DNA from: Nostoc sp. DedSLP01
Lineage (GTDB): Bacteria > Cyanobacteriota > Cyanobacteriia > Cyanobacteriales > Nostocaceae
Reading direction: 5' to 3'
NCBI GenBank assembly: GCA_034530875.2
Contig: JAVRCJ020000010.1
Coordinates: 128,001-192,000, forward strand
Length of the DNA: 64,000 bases
Part shown: in pieces, positions 38,497 to 49,592 of the stretch
How the letters are laid out: each line of letters starts with the position of its first letter
How positions within the stretch are numbered: the stretch's first letter is position 1
Position numbers and translations under genes: made by a program
The notes under the pieces: generated by a model
Database searches by the model: none
Told to the model about the DNA's origin: nothing
What the model saw: only the letters and a program-made list of their open reading frames with translations

Positions 38497-41400
38497 TTAA
38501 TTTTGACTGACTCGGCGATGATTTTGTCTGGCTTCTTTGCGACGCTTCATTGAAGCAGACCTTACTTGAGGACGATAAGAATCTTTTTGCAAAACAACTT
38601 CTTCATCGCTAGTTAAAAACTCAGCAAGGGAACTGATAGTTGGTCTTTCATAAATACTGATTATTGGAATATGCGTATTTAATTCTTTTTGTAACTGAGA
38701 AATAACCTCAACACCAATTAAAGAATTACCTCCCAAATCAAAGAAGTTATCATAAATACCAATCTTTTCAATTCCTAGAACTTTCTGCCAAGCTTTCGCA
38801 ACTATTTGTTCTACTTTATTACTAGCTGGAACGTACTCGTTTTCTAAGTTTCCTCTGGAATGGAGCGATAAAGTATCTGTATTATTTTGTAAAAATTGCC
38901 GTTTAATCCATTGCTCAATTCTGGGCTGCAATTCTCCCGCAGAAACAACTATTTGAGGAGTTTTAGTTAAACATAATACACGGCTAAATACATCTATACC
39001 TTCCTTCCATGTCATGCGTAATTTTTCTAAGGCTACTCCCACAGTTAGGTCTTCGATATCTCCTTCTTGCGATTGCCAAGTATCCCAGTTCACGCTAATA
39101 CAAGGAAATAAATTTATTTGGTTCTGCTTGTGAGCGTAAGCATCCATAAAAATGTTAGCAGCAGAATAAGAAGTTAACCCCAAACCTCCTAAGACAGATG
39201 ATGAAGAAGATGTGAATAAACAAAAATCTAGCTTTTGACCTTGCAAAACTTTTTCTAAAACAAATAGCCCATATACTTTAGGACTAAATTGTGCTTGACT
39301 TTGAGCTTTAGAACTTTCTTCAATAGTGTAATACGCATCGTCATTGATTCCGGCAGTATGGATGACACCATGAATTTCACCAAACCGTTCTTTAGCTAAT
39401 TCTATAGCTTTTTGCATTTGTTGTTCGTTAGCTACATCAGCACTAATAGCTTTAACCTCAGCACCTAATTCCTCAAGCATCATCACTTTTTTCAGCTTTT
39501 GGCTAACTTCATTAGATTCATCATGAGTTAGTAGCCATTCAGCCCATTGATGCCTTTCTGGTAAGCCTTTTCTACCAATTAAAATTAATTTAGCCTGTAC
39601 CGTTTTTGCTAAGTATTCTGACATCGCTAAACCAATGCGACCCAGACCGCCAGTAATTAGATAAACACCACCTTTTCTCAACTTAGTTTTGCTGTTAATA
39701 CTCTCATCTAAACGTACAGGCTCATAAGTTTTAATCCAGCGATGATTGCCGCGATAAGCAATTAAGTTATCAGTTATTGGTGTTGTAAATTCCGTTAGCA
39801 GCGAGTCTATTAGTGTTGGTGATGGCTTAGTTTTAGAGTCTGCAATTACGATATCAAAGCAACAACAAGTTATATTGAGATATTCTTGTGGGATTACATT
39901 ACACGACCCTAATATAGTCGCTTTTTCAGGGCATAAATTCTCGCTCCCAGTAACATCATGTAGATTGCTGGTAACAACCATCAATTTTATTGGGTCAATG
40001 ATATTCTGCTTTGTCAAAGCTTGTGCTACAAATAACAGACTATCAAAACCAAGATTTTGACAATCTTCAAAAAATTGATATTGTGTTTGTGGGTTTAACT
40101 CTTGACTGGGTAAAATATCGTTAGGAGTTACACTCCAAAAATGCGCAATTTGCCTGCCTTCGTTTATCCAATTCTGTTCTTGCAGTGCTTGAAATAAAGT
40201 ATCATAGTCATCCCTTTGTTGGGGATTAATTACATAATTCGAGTCATCAAGTTTAGCAAATTTATCTCCAACTCTAACAAAAATCACATCTTGATTTTGT
40301 TGTTTGAGTCGTTGGGCAATTTCTACTCCCACTCCATAATTATCAACAAAAATTAACCAAGATGACTTTTCTTCTAGGAGTTTATCCTCTTGAAGAAGTT
40401 CAATTGGTGTTGATTCTTTCCAACGAGGAACATAGAACCAGTCAGCAATATCTGGCTTTTTATCTGATTTTTTTGGCGACATAATTGCTAAAGTCGCATT
40501 TCGATTTACCTCAATCCAATAACGCTGACGCTCAAAGGGATAAGTAGGTAAAGGTAGGCGATGACGTTTTTCATTTGCATAAAAACTAGACAAATCAATT
40601 TGAATTCCTACTAACCAAAGTCTACCTAAGGTATTAAGTAAAAATCCTACGTCTGATTGTTGCTCTTGAGGATGTTGTATAGAAGTTAATATTATTACAT
40701 CTGTTTGATGTTGTTTAGCCAAACTACTTAAAGTTCGTCCCGGCCCGACTTCCAATAATACTTGCTCTGACTGTTTTAATAACTCAGAAATTCCTAAGCT
40801 AAAGCGTACTGGCTGCCTTAAATGTTTTGCCCAATATTTAGGATCTATTGCTTCAGTAGCAGTAATCCAAGTTCCACTAACATTGGAAATAAAAGGAATT
40901 TTCGGAGGATTAAGTTTTACTTCTTGTAATGACTGAATGAAAGTCTCAATAATGGGCGACATCATTTCAGAGTGAAAGGCGTGAGATGTATGCAAACGCC
41001 TACAATTTACGCCTATTTGTTGCAGCTTTTCTTGCAATTTATCTATTCCTGTGTTTGAACCAGACACTACACAAGAAGCAGGTGCATTAATCGCAGCTAA
41101 AGAAATTCCTTTTTCTAGAAATTGTTGTATTTTTTCTTCTGGAAGCTGAACCGAAAGCATAGCACCGCCAGGTAACTCTTGCATGAGTTTTCCTCGCGTT
41201 GCTACTATCGCTAAGGCATCTTCTAAAGTGAAAACTCCGGCTATAGTTGCAGCTACATACTCTCCAATACTGTGGCCAATCATCGCCTCAGGACGCACAC
41301 CCCAAGACATCCACAACTTGGTCATGGCATATTCAATTACAAACAATGCTGGTTGAGTAATTGATGTTTGTTGTAATTTTTGTGTTGCTTCTGTAACTGT

Positions 41401-43164
41401 TTCTTCGCTGGGATAAAGAACTGTACGTAAGTCTATTTGTAAGTGAGGTTTTAGCAGTTCGCAGCAGTAATCAACTTGTTTTTTAAATACGCTTTCATTT
41501 TCATATAATTCTCGACCCATATTTACATATTGCGAACCTTGCCCGGAAAACATAAACATAACCGAACGATTACAAGGTTCTTGATAATAAGTAAAAGTTC
41601 TTTGCGGGTCTTGTAATGCGTTAATAGCATCTTCTTGGTTTTGACAAACTACCATACGACGGTGCTTGAAAACCCAGCGACCTACTTGTAAAGTATGAGC
41701 AACGTCAGCAAGATTTAAATTTGGATGCTTTTGTAGGTGATTAACCAGATTTTCTGTAGCAGTTTCTAATGCTGTATTCGTCTTAGCTGAAAGTACCAGC
41801 AATTGATACTTTCTCCCCTGCTCCCCTGCTCCCCTGCTCCCCTGCTGCGTTGGAGCTTCTTCTAATATTACATGGGCATTTGTGCCACCAAAACCGAAGG
41901 AACTAACACCCGCGCGGCGAGGAGTGCCGTTTGTTTTCCAATCTGATAATTTATTATTTACATAAAAGGGACTGTTAGCAAAATCAATTTGGGGCGATGG
42001 TTCTTCAAAGTTTAAACTAGGAGGAATTTGTTTATGTTTTAGGGCTAAAACAGTTTTAATCAAACCTGCTACACCGGCAGTTGAATCTAAATGTCCGATA
42101 TTGGTTTTTACAGAACCAATGGCACAAAATCCTTTTTTCTGAGTTTTAGTACGAAAAGCTTGCGTTAATGCAGCGATTTCAACGGGGTCGCCTAAAGAAG
42201 TTCCGGTTCCATGTGCTTCAATATAGCTAATAGTATCGGGTTCGACTTCAGCCATTACTTGGGCTGCTCGAATTACTTTTGCTTGACCATTGACACTGGG
42301 TGCAGTGTAGCTAACTTTATCGGAGCCATCATTATTAATAGCAGAGCCTTTGATAATAGCATGGATGCAATCTCCATCTGCGATCGCTTCTTCTAATCGT
42401 TTTAAAACTACAAGACCTAAACCTCTTCCTTTTACAGTTCCCGCAGCCTTAGCATCAAAAGCACGGCAATGTCCGTCAGGAGATTCAATTCCTCCTTCTT
42501 GATATAAATAACCGTCTGCTGTGGAGATTGAAACTCCTCCTGCTAAAGCAATATCGCACTCACCACTGAGTAAACTTTGGCAAGCTAAATGTACGGCAAC
42601 TAATGAACTCGAACAAGTAGTTTGAACCGCATAACTCGGCCCCTGCAAATTTAATTTATAAGAAACAAGTGTAGTAACGTAATCTGGAGAAGTTCCTTTT
42701 TCTATTTGCTTATCGCCTACAGAAGCAATCAAATCGTAATTAGAATAAATATTCAGTAGATAGCTGCCAAAACTCGTACCAGCATAAACTCCAATAGGTT
42801 TTTTATATATTTGCGAACTATAACCAGCATCCTCAAGTGCTTTCCATGAATACTCTAAGAAAAAGCGCAGCGAAGGATCTAGTATTTCAGCTTCTCTAGG
42901 ACTAAAGTCAAAGAAGGCAGCATCAAACAAATCTATACCTTCGACTCGACCTTCTGCTTTCACATAATTCGGGTCATTTATTAAGGCTTTATCTACACCT
43001 AAATCTTTTAATTCATGGTCGGTAAATCTATGAATTGACTCTACTTCGTTTCGGAGATTTTGCCAAAATTGCTCTATATTTGGAGCTTCTGGAAAACAGC
43101 CACTCATGCCAATAATAGCTATTTCCAGTCCAGTTGTATTATTCAAATATCCTGAATCTTCCAT
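38497..43164 (-). CDS. Type I PKS module KS-AT(malonyl)-KR-ACP
   Basis: KS QTTCSSS. AT GHSIG / HAFH. KR GGLGRIG...YSAAN. ACP GGNS. Confidence 0.93.
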   Translation of the reverse strand: MEDSGYLNNTTGLEIAIIGMSGCFPEAPNIEQFWQNLRNEVESIHRFTDHELKDLGVDKALINDPNYVKAEGRVEGIDLFDAAFFDFSPREAEILDPSLRFFLEYSWKALEDAGYSSQIYKKPIGVYAGTSFGSYLLNIYSNYDLIASVGDKQIEKGTSPDYVTTLVSYKLNLQGPSYAVQTTCSSSLVAVHLACQSLLSGECDIALAGGVSISTADGYLYQEGGIESPDGHCRAFDAKAAGTVKGRGLGLVVLKRLEEAIADGDCIHAIIKGSAINNDGSDKVSYTAPSVNGQAKVIRAAQVMAEVEPDTISYIEAHGTGTSLGDPVEIAALTQAFRTKTQKKGFCAIGSVKTNIGHLDSTAGVAGLIKTVLALKHKQIPPSLNFEEPSPQIDFANSPFYVNNKLSDWKTNGTPRRAGVSSFGFGGTNAHVILEEAPTQQGSRGAGEQGRKYQLLVLSAKTNTALETATENLVNHLQKHPNLNLADVAHTLQVGRWVFKHRRMVVCQNQEDAINALQDPQRTFTYYQEPCNRSVMFMFSGQGSQYVNMGRELYENESVFKKQVDYCCELLKPHLQIDLRTVLYPSEETVTEATQKLQQTSITQPALFVIEYAMTKLWMSWGVRPEAMIGHSIGEYVAATIAGVFTLEDALAIVATRGKLMQELPGGAMLSVQLPEEKIQQFLEKGISLAAINAPASCVVSGSNTGIDKLQEKLQQIGVNCRRLHTSHAFHSEMMSPIIETFIQSLQEVKLNPPKIPFISNVSGTWITATEAIDPKYWAKHLRQPVRFSLGISELLKQSEQVLLEVGPGRTLSSLAKQHQTDVIILTSIQHPQEQQSDVGFLLNTLGRLWLVGIQIDLSSFYANEKRHRLPLPTYPFERQRYWIEVNRNATLAIMSPKKSDKKPDIADWFYVPRWKESTPIELLQEDKLLEEKSSWLIFVDNYGVGVEIAQRLKQQNQDVIFVRVGDKFAKLDDSNYVINPQQRDDYDTLFQALQEQNWINEGRQIAHFWSVTPNDILPSQELNPQTQYQFFEDCQNLGFDSLLFVAQALTKQNIIDPIKLMVVTSNLHDVTGSENLCPEKATILGSCNVIPQEYLNITCCCFDIVIADSKTKPSPTLIDSLLTEFTTPITDNLIAYRGNHRWIKTYEPVRLDESINSKTKLRKGGVYLITGGLGRIGLAMSEYLAKTVQAKLILIGRKGLPERHQWAEWLLTHDESNEVSQKLKKVMMLEELGAEVKAISADVANEQQMQKAIELAKERFGEIHGVIHTAGINDDAYYTIEESSKAQSQAQFSPKVYGLFVLEKVLQGQKLDFCLFTSSSSSVLGGLGLTSYSAANIFMDAYAHKQNQINLFPCISVNWDTWQSQEGDIEDLTVGVALEKLRMTWKEGIDVFSRVLCLTKTPQIVVSAGELQPRIEQWIKRQFLQNNTDTLSLHSRGNLENEYVPASNKVEQIVAKAWQKVLGIEKIGIYDNFFDLGGNSLIGVEVISQLQKELNTHIPIISIYERPTISSLAEFLTSDEEVVLQKDSYRPQVRSASMKRRKEARQNHRRVSQN
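41813..41844. repeat. (CTCCCCTG)x4 tandem repeat in the coding KS-AT linker
   Basis: Four exact 8-mer units encoding QGSRGAGEQG on the - strand. Confidence 0.85.
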
Positions 43165-43185
43165 AATTAATCTGGCTGTCTACCG

Positions 43186-45951
43186 TTATACATTCTGTTG
43201 TCTTTTTTGTAAAAAGCGTTGCTTTAATCTGGCTTTTCCAGCTTCTAGCTGTTCGTTTAATTCATTACTTTGATTTTCAAAGCTATCATCTTCTTCTTGG
43301 TTTAAATATCGAGATATAGAACTGATTGTTGGATATTTAAACAGATCAGTTATTGCTAAGTCTGGTTTAAAAAGCTCTCGGAGTTTACTGTAAACCTGAA
43401 GCACATTTAGCGAATGTCCGCCAAGGTCAAAAAAGTTATCTTGAATGCCGACTTTCTCCACCTTGAGAATTTTTTGCCAAATATCGGCAATTGTACGTTC
43501 TATCTCATTCCGCGGCACTACATAAGCTGTTTCTAGTACTGGGCGAAGATTATCTGGTTTTGGTAGAGCTTTCCTATCTACCTTACCGCTAGGTGCTAGA
43601 GGCAGATTTTCTAGCATCACAAAGGCAGAAGGTAACATGTGGTCGGGTAACTTTTCTTTTAAGAAACTACGCAATTCACTAATACTAGGAATTGGTTCTA
43701 TCTTAGAAACTACATAAGCAACAATTAATAAGTTACCTGGTTCATCTTCTTGAACTATGACTACATTTTCACGTACATTCGGGTGCTGATTTAAAAATGT
43801 TTCAATTTCCCCAAGTTCAACCCGGAAACCACGAATTTTTACTTGATGGTCAATGCGTCCAAGGAATTCAAGATTTCCATCAGCTAACCACCTGCCTAAA
43901 TCTCCAGTTTTATAGATTAAATCCTGACGATTTGGTGGTAACTTCTTCCTTTTATCTGGAAATGGGTTAGGAACAAAACTTAAATTAGTTTTTTCTTGAT
44001 TTTTCCAATACCCTGCACCGACACCAATTCCCGATACACAAATTTCTCCCGGAGCGCCAATAGGTAATAGTTGCATTTGCTCATCTAGAACGTAAATATT
44101 CAAGTTGGCTAATGGTTTACCAATTGGTACTGTGCGCTGATTTTCACCAAAAGGCTGGTTAACAATAAATTGAGTAATATCGTCAGCAGCCTCGGTAGGG
44201 CCGTAAGCGTTAACAATTTTGATTTCAGGATATATCTGGAGCCACTTATTTACCCAACTTACCGATACTGGTTCTCCTACAACCATCATCCATTTTAAAT
44301 CGGGTAGTTCTCTTTCATGAGTTTCCAGTTGGGAGGTATATTCAAGTAAGCCACCAAATAATGCTGGTACTAATTCAACAACTGTAATTTTTTCTGATTT
44401 GAGTGCCTTAAATAGTTTATCAGGAATTCCAACAGTTTCTACATCTACTATTACTGTTTTGCCACCAATTAAAAGCGGTGCTAAAAATTGCCAGACGGAA
44501 ATATCTGTCGATGAAGGAGCGCTTTGAAGAAAAGCAAATTCTTCTGTTAACTGCAATTCATCGAATTGGGCATAAATATGATTGATTGCCCCATCATGCC
44601 TGACAATTGCCCCTTTTGGTAATCCTGTAGACCCAGAAGTATAGAGCATATAAGCTGGGTCGGCAGCATTATTAATAGGTTCTATATTATCATTAGGCAG
44701 ATGTTGAAAATCTAATTTATTATATATCTTTAATTGTGGGCGATCGCCATCCAATGTCTGACCGTTAACTAAGCTATCTAAACAAATAATAGATGATAGC
44801 TGCGAACAATCTTCTGCTAAGTCTGATAAAGCATTCAATAACGAAGCATCTGTAAATAAAAACCTCACTTCGCTATTAGCTAGCATATATTTAATTCGGT
44901 TCGGTGGATAAGTACTATCAATAGGTACATAAGCTCCACCTGCCTTATAAATAGCAAGGATAGCTATGAGGAAATTAATATCGCGGTCTTTGAAAATTCC
45001 GACAAACTCACCTTTATTAATTCCTAATTGCCGCAATAATCCAGATAACTGATTAGCTTTTTGATTTAGCTCTTGATAAGTTAATTGAATTTTTTCGTGA
45101 ACTACAGCTATATTGTTTGGAGTTTGAATTACTTGCTTTTCAAATAATTCATTAATTGTCTGCTCAACTGGATAGTCTTTTGTATTGTTGTTATACTCTT
45201 CCAATAATTGGTATTTATCAGAGTCTTTTAAGAAAGCAATATCAGAAATTTTGATATTAACTTTGTTGAGACAGCTTTCTAAAACATTGACATAACATCT
45301 GCTCATTGATTTGATATTCTCATCTTGAAACAGATGTTGTGTATATTCTATATCGACGCTAATACTCTCACCGTTAACAGTAAAAAAAATTGTGATGTCA
45401 TTATTGAGTTTATTTATCTGGGTTCTTTGATGAATATTTTCTAATAAAACTACTATGTCAAAAATTGGGCATCGATTAGGAGTTGTTGGGATTTCTAATA
45501 ATCTAATTAATTCGTTAAAATCATAGTTTTGATGAGTATAAGCAGTTATGGTAGCATCTTTGACTTGTAAAACAAAGTCTTGGAATGAAAGCTCAGGCGT
45601 AACTTGAGTACGCAAAGGAATCACTTTGCTATTTAGGTCATCTATTCCAATTTTTTCATATACTGGTATGCCAAGCATAACATCATTGTTTCGCGTATAT
45701 TTTGGCAGCAATATTTTCAATGCAGATAAAAGGATTAAATAAATTGAAAAGTAAGAGCCTTTCCCAAGTTTAACAATCGCCTGAGATAAATCATTTGATA
45801 AATCAAAGCTCAAAGATTTTTTGGTATCAGTGGGGAATAATGGCCTTACATAGTCCAACATTAAATTTGTTTCTGGTAATTCTCCTGATAATTTGTTTAT
45901 CCAGTAGATTTTTTCAGAAAATGTGTCACGCGACTGTAGATGTATACCCAT
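43186..45951 (-). CDS. NRPS protein: half condensation domain - A(Dab predicted) - PCP
   Basis: It begins at the mid-C YW..KLSG motif and has no HHxxxDG. By-eye A-domain code DIWEMVADDK. PCP GGHS. Confidence 0.88.
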   Translation of the reverse strand: MGIHLQSRDTFSEKIYWINKLSGELPETNLMLDYVRPLFPTDTKKSLSFDLSNDLSQAIVKLGKGSYFSIYLILLSALKILLPKYTRNNDVMLGIPVYEKIGIDDLNSKVIPLRTQVTPELSFQDFVLQVKDATITAYTHQNYDFNELIRLLEIPTTPNRCPIFDIVVLLENIHQRTQINKLNNDITIFFTVNGESISVDIEYTQHLFQDENIKSMSRCYVNVLESCLNKVNIKISDIAFLKDSDKYQLLEEYNNNTKDYPVEQTINELFEKQVIQTPNNIAVVHEKIQLTYQELNQKANQLSGLLRQLGINKGEFVGIFKDRDINFLIAILAIYKAGGAYVPIDSTYPPNRIKYMLANSEVRFLFTDASLLNALSDLAEDCSQLSSIICLDSLVNGQTLDGDRPQLKIYNKLDFQHLPNDNIEPINNAADPAYMLYTSGSTGLPKGAIVRHDGAINHIYAQFDELQLTEEFAFLQSAPSSTDISVWQFLAPLLIGGKTVIVDVETVGIPDKLFKALKSEKITVVELVPALFGGLLEYTSQLETHERELPDLKWMMVVGEPVSVSWVNKWLQIYPEIKIVNAYGPTEAADDITQFIVNQPFGENQRTVPIGKPLANLNIYVLDEQMQLLPIGAPGEICVSGIGVGAGYWKNQEKTNLSFVPNPFPDKRKKLPPNRQDLIYKTGDLGRWLADGNLEFLGRIDHQVKIRGFRVELGEIETFLNQHPNVRENVVIVQEDEPGNLLIVAYVVSKIEPIPSISELRSFLKEKLPDHMLPSAFVMLENLPLAPSGKVDRKALPKPDNLRPVLETAYVVPRNEIERTIADIWQKILKVEKVGIQDNFFDLGGHSLNVLQVYSKLRELFKPDLAITDLFKYPTISSISRYLNQEEDDSFENQSNELNEQLEAGKARLKQRFLQKRQQNV

Positions 45952-45999
45952 GATTTCCCCCGATCGTCAAATGCTTGCTAAGTTAGCTAGTATGCGAAT

Positions 46000-47256
46000 C
46001 TACTTTGATATAGAATCATCAAAGGCTGCCTTGATAATTGAACAACCCTTTTCTAAGTTGGGCATATCAATTACTAAAGGTGGCAAAATTTTAATGACAC
46101 TATCATTTCTACCTGCTCTCTCAATGATTAACCCTAGTTCAAAACAACCCGAGATGATACTTTTAGATAAAGTGCGATCGCCAAAATTTTTCACATCAAT
46201 TCCCCAAATCATGCCAATTCCGCGAATTGTAATTTTTTCGCTAATTGATGCTATTTGTTGAGCGAGAAAATCTTTTAAAAATAACTCTTTGGTTTTGACA
46301 TTCTGTTCAAAATCATAACTTTCTCGATACTCCAGAGCCGCTGTTGCAGCAATAAATGCTAATTGATTTCCTCTAAAAGTACCGTTATGTTCGCCCGGTT
46401 CCCAGATATCCAACTCTGGCTTAATTAGTAATAGCGACATGGGAAACCCATATCCACTAATTGATTTAGAGAGTACTACCATATCAGGAACGATACCAGC
46501 TCTTTCAAAAGAAAAGAAAGGCCCAGTTCTACCGCAGCCAACTTGAATATCATCGCAGATTAATAAAATATCATGGTCGTCACATAACTTTCTTAATCTT
46601 TGCATCCAGTCAATGGGAGCTACAATAACTCCACCTTCCGCTTGCACTGTTTCAAAGATTATTGCTGCCGGTTTTTCAACTCCAGAATTAACATCGTTTA
46701 AAACCGATTCTATATATTCTATAGTATCAAAACTCTCCATGAATCCGTAAGGATAAGGCATAAAAGTTACATTACTTGATGTACCAATTGCGCCTGCTCG
46801 AATTCCGACATTACCACTAATTGATAAGCTGCCTAAAGTCATTCCATGATATCCTCCCATAAACGAAAAAATACCTGGTCTTTGTTTGACTTTTCTGGCT
46901 AATTTTAAAGCAGCTTCTACTGCGTTAGTTCCTGTTGGCCCGCAAAATTGAAGGCGATAATCTAATTGTTTTTGACTGAGTACTACCTCATCAAACTTCG
47001 CTAAAAACTTTTCTTTAGCCGAAGTATACATATCCAAACCATGTGCAATTCCATCGGCCTCCAAATAGGAAATAACCTTTTCTTTTATATAGTCATGGTT
47101 ATGTCCATAGTTTAAAGCTCCTGCTCCGGCAAAAAAATCAATATATTCTTTTCCAGATTCAGAATAAATTATAGAACCTTTAGCTCTATGAAAGATGTCT
47201 GGAAAGTTACGGCTATAGCTTCTGACATTCGATTCACGCTTTTCAAAAATATTCAT
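46000..47256 (-). CDS. ectB: Diaminobutyrate--2-oxoglutarate aminotransferase (EctB-type, Dab supply)
   Basis: ESNVRSYSRNFP, DFFAGAGALNYGHN, GPTGTNAVEAALKLAR, DDIQVGCGRTG, LSKS and WEPGEHNGTFRGN. Confidence 0.9.
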   Translation of the reverse strand: MNIFEKRESNVRSYSRNFPDIFHRAKGSIIYSESGKEYIDFFAGAGALNYGHNHDYIKEKVISYLEADGIAHGLDMYTSAKEKFLAKFDEVVLSQKQLDYRLQFCGPTGTNAVEAALKLARKVKQRPGIFSFMGGYHGMTLGSLSISGNVGIRAGAIGTSSNVTFMPYPYGFMESFDTIEYIESVLNDVNSGVEKPAAIIFETVQAEGGVIVAPIDWMQRLRKLCDDHDILLICDDIQVGCGRTGPFFSFERAGIVPDMVVLSKSISGYGFPMSLLLIKPELDIWEPGEHNGTFRGNQLAFIAATAALEYRESYDFEQNVKTKELFLKDFLAQQIASISEKITIRGIGMIWGIDVKNFGDRTLSKSIISGCFELGLIIERAGRNDSVIKILPPLVIDMPNLEKGCSIIKAAFDDSISK

Positions 47257-47295
47257 AAAATTGCTGGGGCTTGAATGACAAATCGATTATGTCCT

Positions 47296-48177
47296 CTAAG
47301 AAACATAATTTAGGTAAGATTTATAAAAGTTAAAAATTATTTGCGGAGGGATTTTAAACGCTAAACCGAGAGTTAACAAAAAGTTATAATATAAGTTTTG
47401 AACTGGCATTCCTTTTTTAACCGCTGCTAGAGCAGTGAGTGAGCTTTTGTGAGTATGCCAATCGATATTGAAAGAAATCGACATATCTAGACTGCGCACA
47501 TGATGCAGCGTTCCAGGAGGCATATATAAAATCTCTCCAGGATTGACAATAAATTTAATCGGTCTAGCCTTTTTGTATTCAGGATATTTATTGAAGTCTG
47601 GATTTTCTGGATTTACCAGAAACCATCGCCAGCCTTGGCGATAACAATATTTGGCATCTTCAGGTAGTAAAATTGTAAATTGCTTGCGTCCAACAATTTG
47701 GAAGAAAAGATTGTTCGTCAGAAGACAATCAAAATGTAGCGGTGTAATACTGTTAGAAGAACCTAAGAAAAACTGGCAGTAACGCCACCACTTGTACCAA
47801 TACCATTTTGGCAAATATTCAACAGGAAATGGTTTAACGTCTTCTATTAGTGAAGGAAGTAAGCTAAATAAAGGTAGGTCATGGCAATATGGCGGTAGAG
47901 GATGATTGTCAGAATCTTTTTCATAGTCTTCTATTAATTCTATATATTTTTTCATTGTCAAACGGCATATTTGAATTTCCTTATTACTAAATTTTTTGGC
48001 ATAAATATTTAGAGATGGCGATATTTTTTTGAAGTATTTTAAAGACCAATTCTCAAAACCACTCCAATTGGAAATTACTCCAGAAATGATAACTGGTTTA
48101 CCTAGTTCAACATAATTATTTTTGAACTCCTCACTTGAGAGCTTATATCTTCTTTCTATTGCAGCGGAAACAATCAT
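47296..48177 (-). CDS. JmjC/Cupin_8 Fe(II)/2-oxoglutarate oxygenase
   Basis: KPVIISG...WS, TPLHFD (HxD), QIVGRK and PGEILYMPPGTLHHVRS. ATG at 48177. Confidence 0.85.
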   Translation of the reverse strand: MIVSAAIERRYKLSSEEFKNNYVELGKPVIISGVISNWSGFENWSLKYFKKISPSLNIYAKKFSNKEIQICRLTMKKYIELIEDYEKDSDNHPLPPYCHDLPLFSLLPSLIEDVKPFPVEYLPKWYWYKWWRYCQFFLGSSNSITPLHFDCLLTNNLFFQIVGRKQFTILLPEDAKYCYRQGWRWFLVNPENPDFNKYPEYKKARPIKFIVNPGEILYMPPGTLHHVRSLDMSISFNIDWHTHKSSLTALAAVKKGMPVQNLYYNFLLTLGLAFKIPPQIIFNFYKSYLNYVS

Positions 48178-48188
48178 GTTTGAATACC

Positions 48189-49592
48189 TTAAAATGTTGC
48201 AGCTAATTCCCAATCAAATGATGCTTCTTGTTCTAAAGCAGTTAATATTTGCTGTTGTTGTGACGTAGAAAATGATAGTTCTTTGATTGGAATATTGGGA
48301 TTATTGATAATTTTTTGTAGTAGTATTTGAAAATCTCTAATTATCCCAGTAATTGTACCAATATCAAATCTAGATGCATCATAAGAAACTGCTACTATAA
48401 GCTCAGTTTCCGGATAGATAACTAAGTTGAAAGGGTAGTTGTTTCTGTAATAAATTCCAGTCGGTTTAAATTCGACATTTCCTTTCCAATTATCTACAAA
48501 TTCACTGAGTGGAAAGTTTTCAATCACAACAATAGTTTCAAACAAAGGTAAATTCCGTGCTACCTCACTCCAACCTTGAATTTGTGTTAGTGGAGTATAT
48601 TCATGATGACGCGTTTCTACTAATTGAATCTGAAATTCTTGCAGCCATGACAAAACCTGTTGGTCAGTATTTATCTTTACATTGATTGGTAAAGTATTTA
48701 TAAATACGCCAACTATTGATTCGACTTCGGCTAAGTCGACTGGTCTTCCTGTAACAGTACATCCATACATTACATTGTTACGACAAGTGTAACGACTCAG
48801 AAGAATAGACCAGATACCATTAATTAATGTGGCAAGGGTAAGATGATTTTGTGTAGCAAAAGATAAGAGTTCTTTTGTATCTGCTTTTGATAGTACGATT
48901 CTCTCTTCATCGTATCTTTCTTTTTGGTTAGGTAATTGGCTATTTTCTAGATAAGTTAAGGGAGTTGGTGCTTTTACTCCTTGTAATACTTGCCGCCAAA
49001 AACTTTCAGTATTAGCTATATTCTGCTGCTGTAACCAGTCGATATAATTCCTAAAAGGAGGTGGTGGTGATAATTTTGCTTGTTTACCTTGACAAATTGC
49101 TTCGTAAATTTGTAAGCATTCTCCTAATATTATTGGTCCAGACCAGCCGTCTATGATTATATGATGATTGCTCCAAATAAATTCGTAGCAATTATCAGCC
49201 AGACGGATTAAAGTTAAACGCATTAAACATGGCTGAGAAAAGTCAAAACATAATTGGCGATCGCTTTCTAAAAATAACTTCAACTTTTCTTGTTGTTTTG
49301 CTTGTTCAATACCACGCCAATCGTATTGATTTATGCTAATTTTAACTTTTTTATAGACAACTTGTAATGGATTATCAATGTCTTCCCAATAAAACCCTGT
49401 ACGCAAAATAGTATGTCTATCCACTACTTGCTGCCATGCTTGTTCAAAAGCTTCTATATTTGGATGACCATGTAAAGTTAAGGTATGGTGAAAGAAATAT
49501 AATGCTGACTCACTAGAGTACAAACAATGAAATAGCATTCCCTTTTGAACTGGTGTAAGTTCATAGATATCTTCTACATTTTCTGGTTTCAT
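48189..49592 (-). CDS. Stand-alone condensation domain (DCL-like)
   Basis: N-terminus NVEDIYELTPVQKGMLFH, intact HHIIIDGWS, and NNYPFNL. The start overlaps the upstream PKS stop. Confidence 0.88.
   Translation of the reverse strand: MKPENVEDIYELTPVQKGMLFHCLYSSESALYFFHHTLTLHGHPNIEAFEQAWQQVVDRHTILRTGFYWEDIDNPLQVVYKKVKISINQYDWRGIEQAKQQEKLKLFLESDRQLCFDFSQPCLMRLTLIRLADNCYEFIWSNHHIIIDGWSGPIILGECLQIYEAICQGKQAKLSPPPPFRNYIDWLQQQNIANTESFWRQVLQGVKAPTPLTYLENSQLPNQKERYDEERIVLSKADTKELLSFATQNHLTLATLINGIWSILLSRYTCRNNVMYGCTVTGRPVDLAEVESIVGVFINTLPINVKINTDQQVLSWLQEFQIQLVETRHHEYTPLTQIQGWSEVARNLPLFETIVVIENFPLSEFVDNWKGNVEFKPTGIYYRNNYPFNLVIYPETELIVAVSYDASRFDIGTITGIIRDFQILLQKIINNPNIPIKELSFSTSQQQQILTALEQEASFDWELAATF

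Noticed and set aside
36806..47256. DABA transaminase plus DABA decarboxylase route to diaminopropane (schizokinen-like siderophore)
   Set aside because: The decarboxylase motifs are PanP-like, a beta-Ala-type A domain is present, and no IucA/IucC synthetase or N-hydroxylase is visible. Not formally excluded without an assay.
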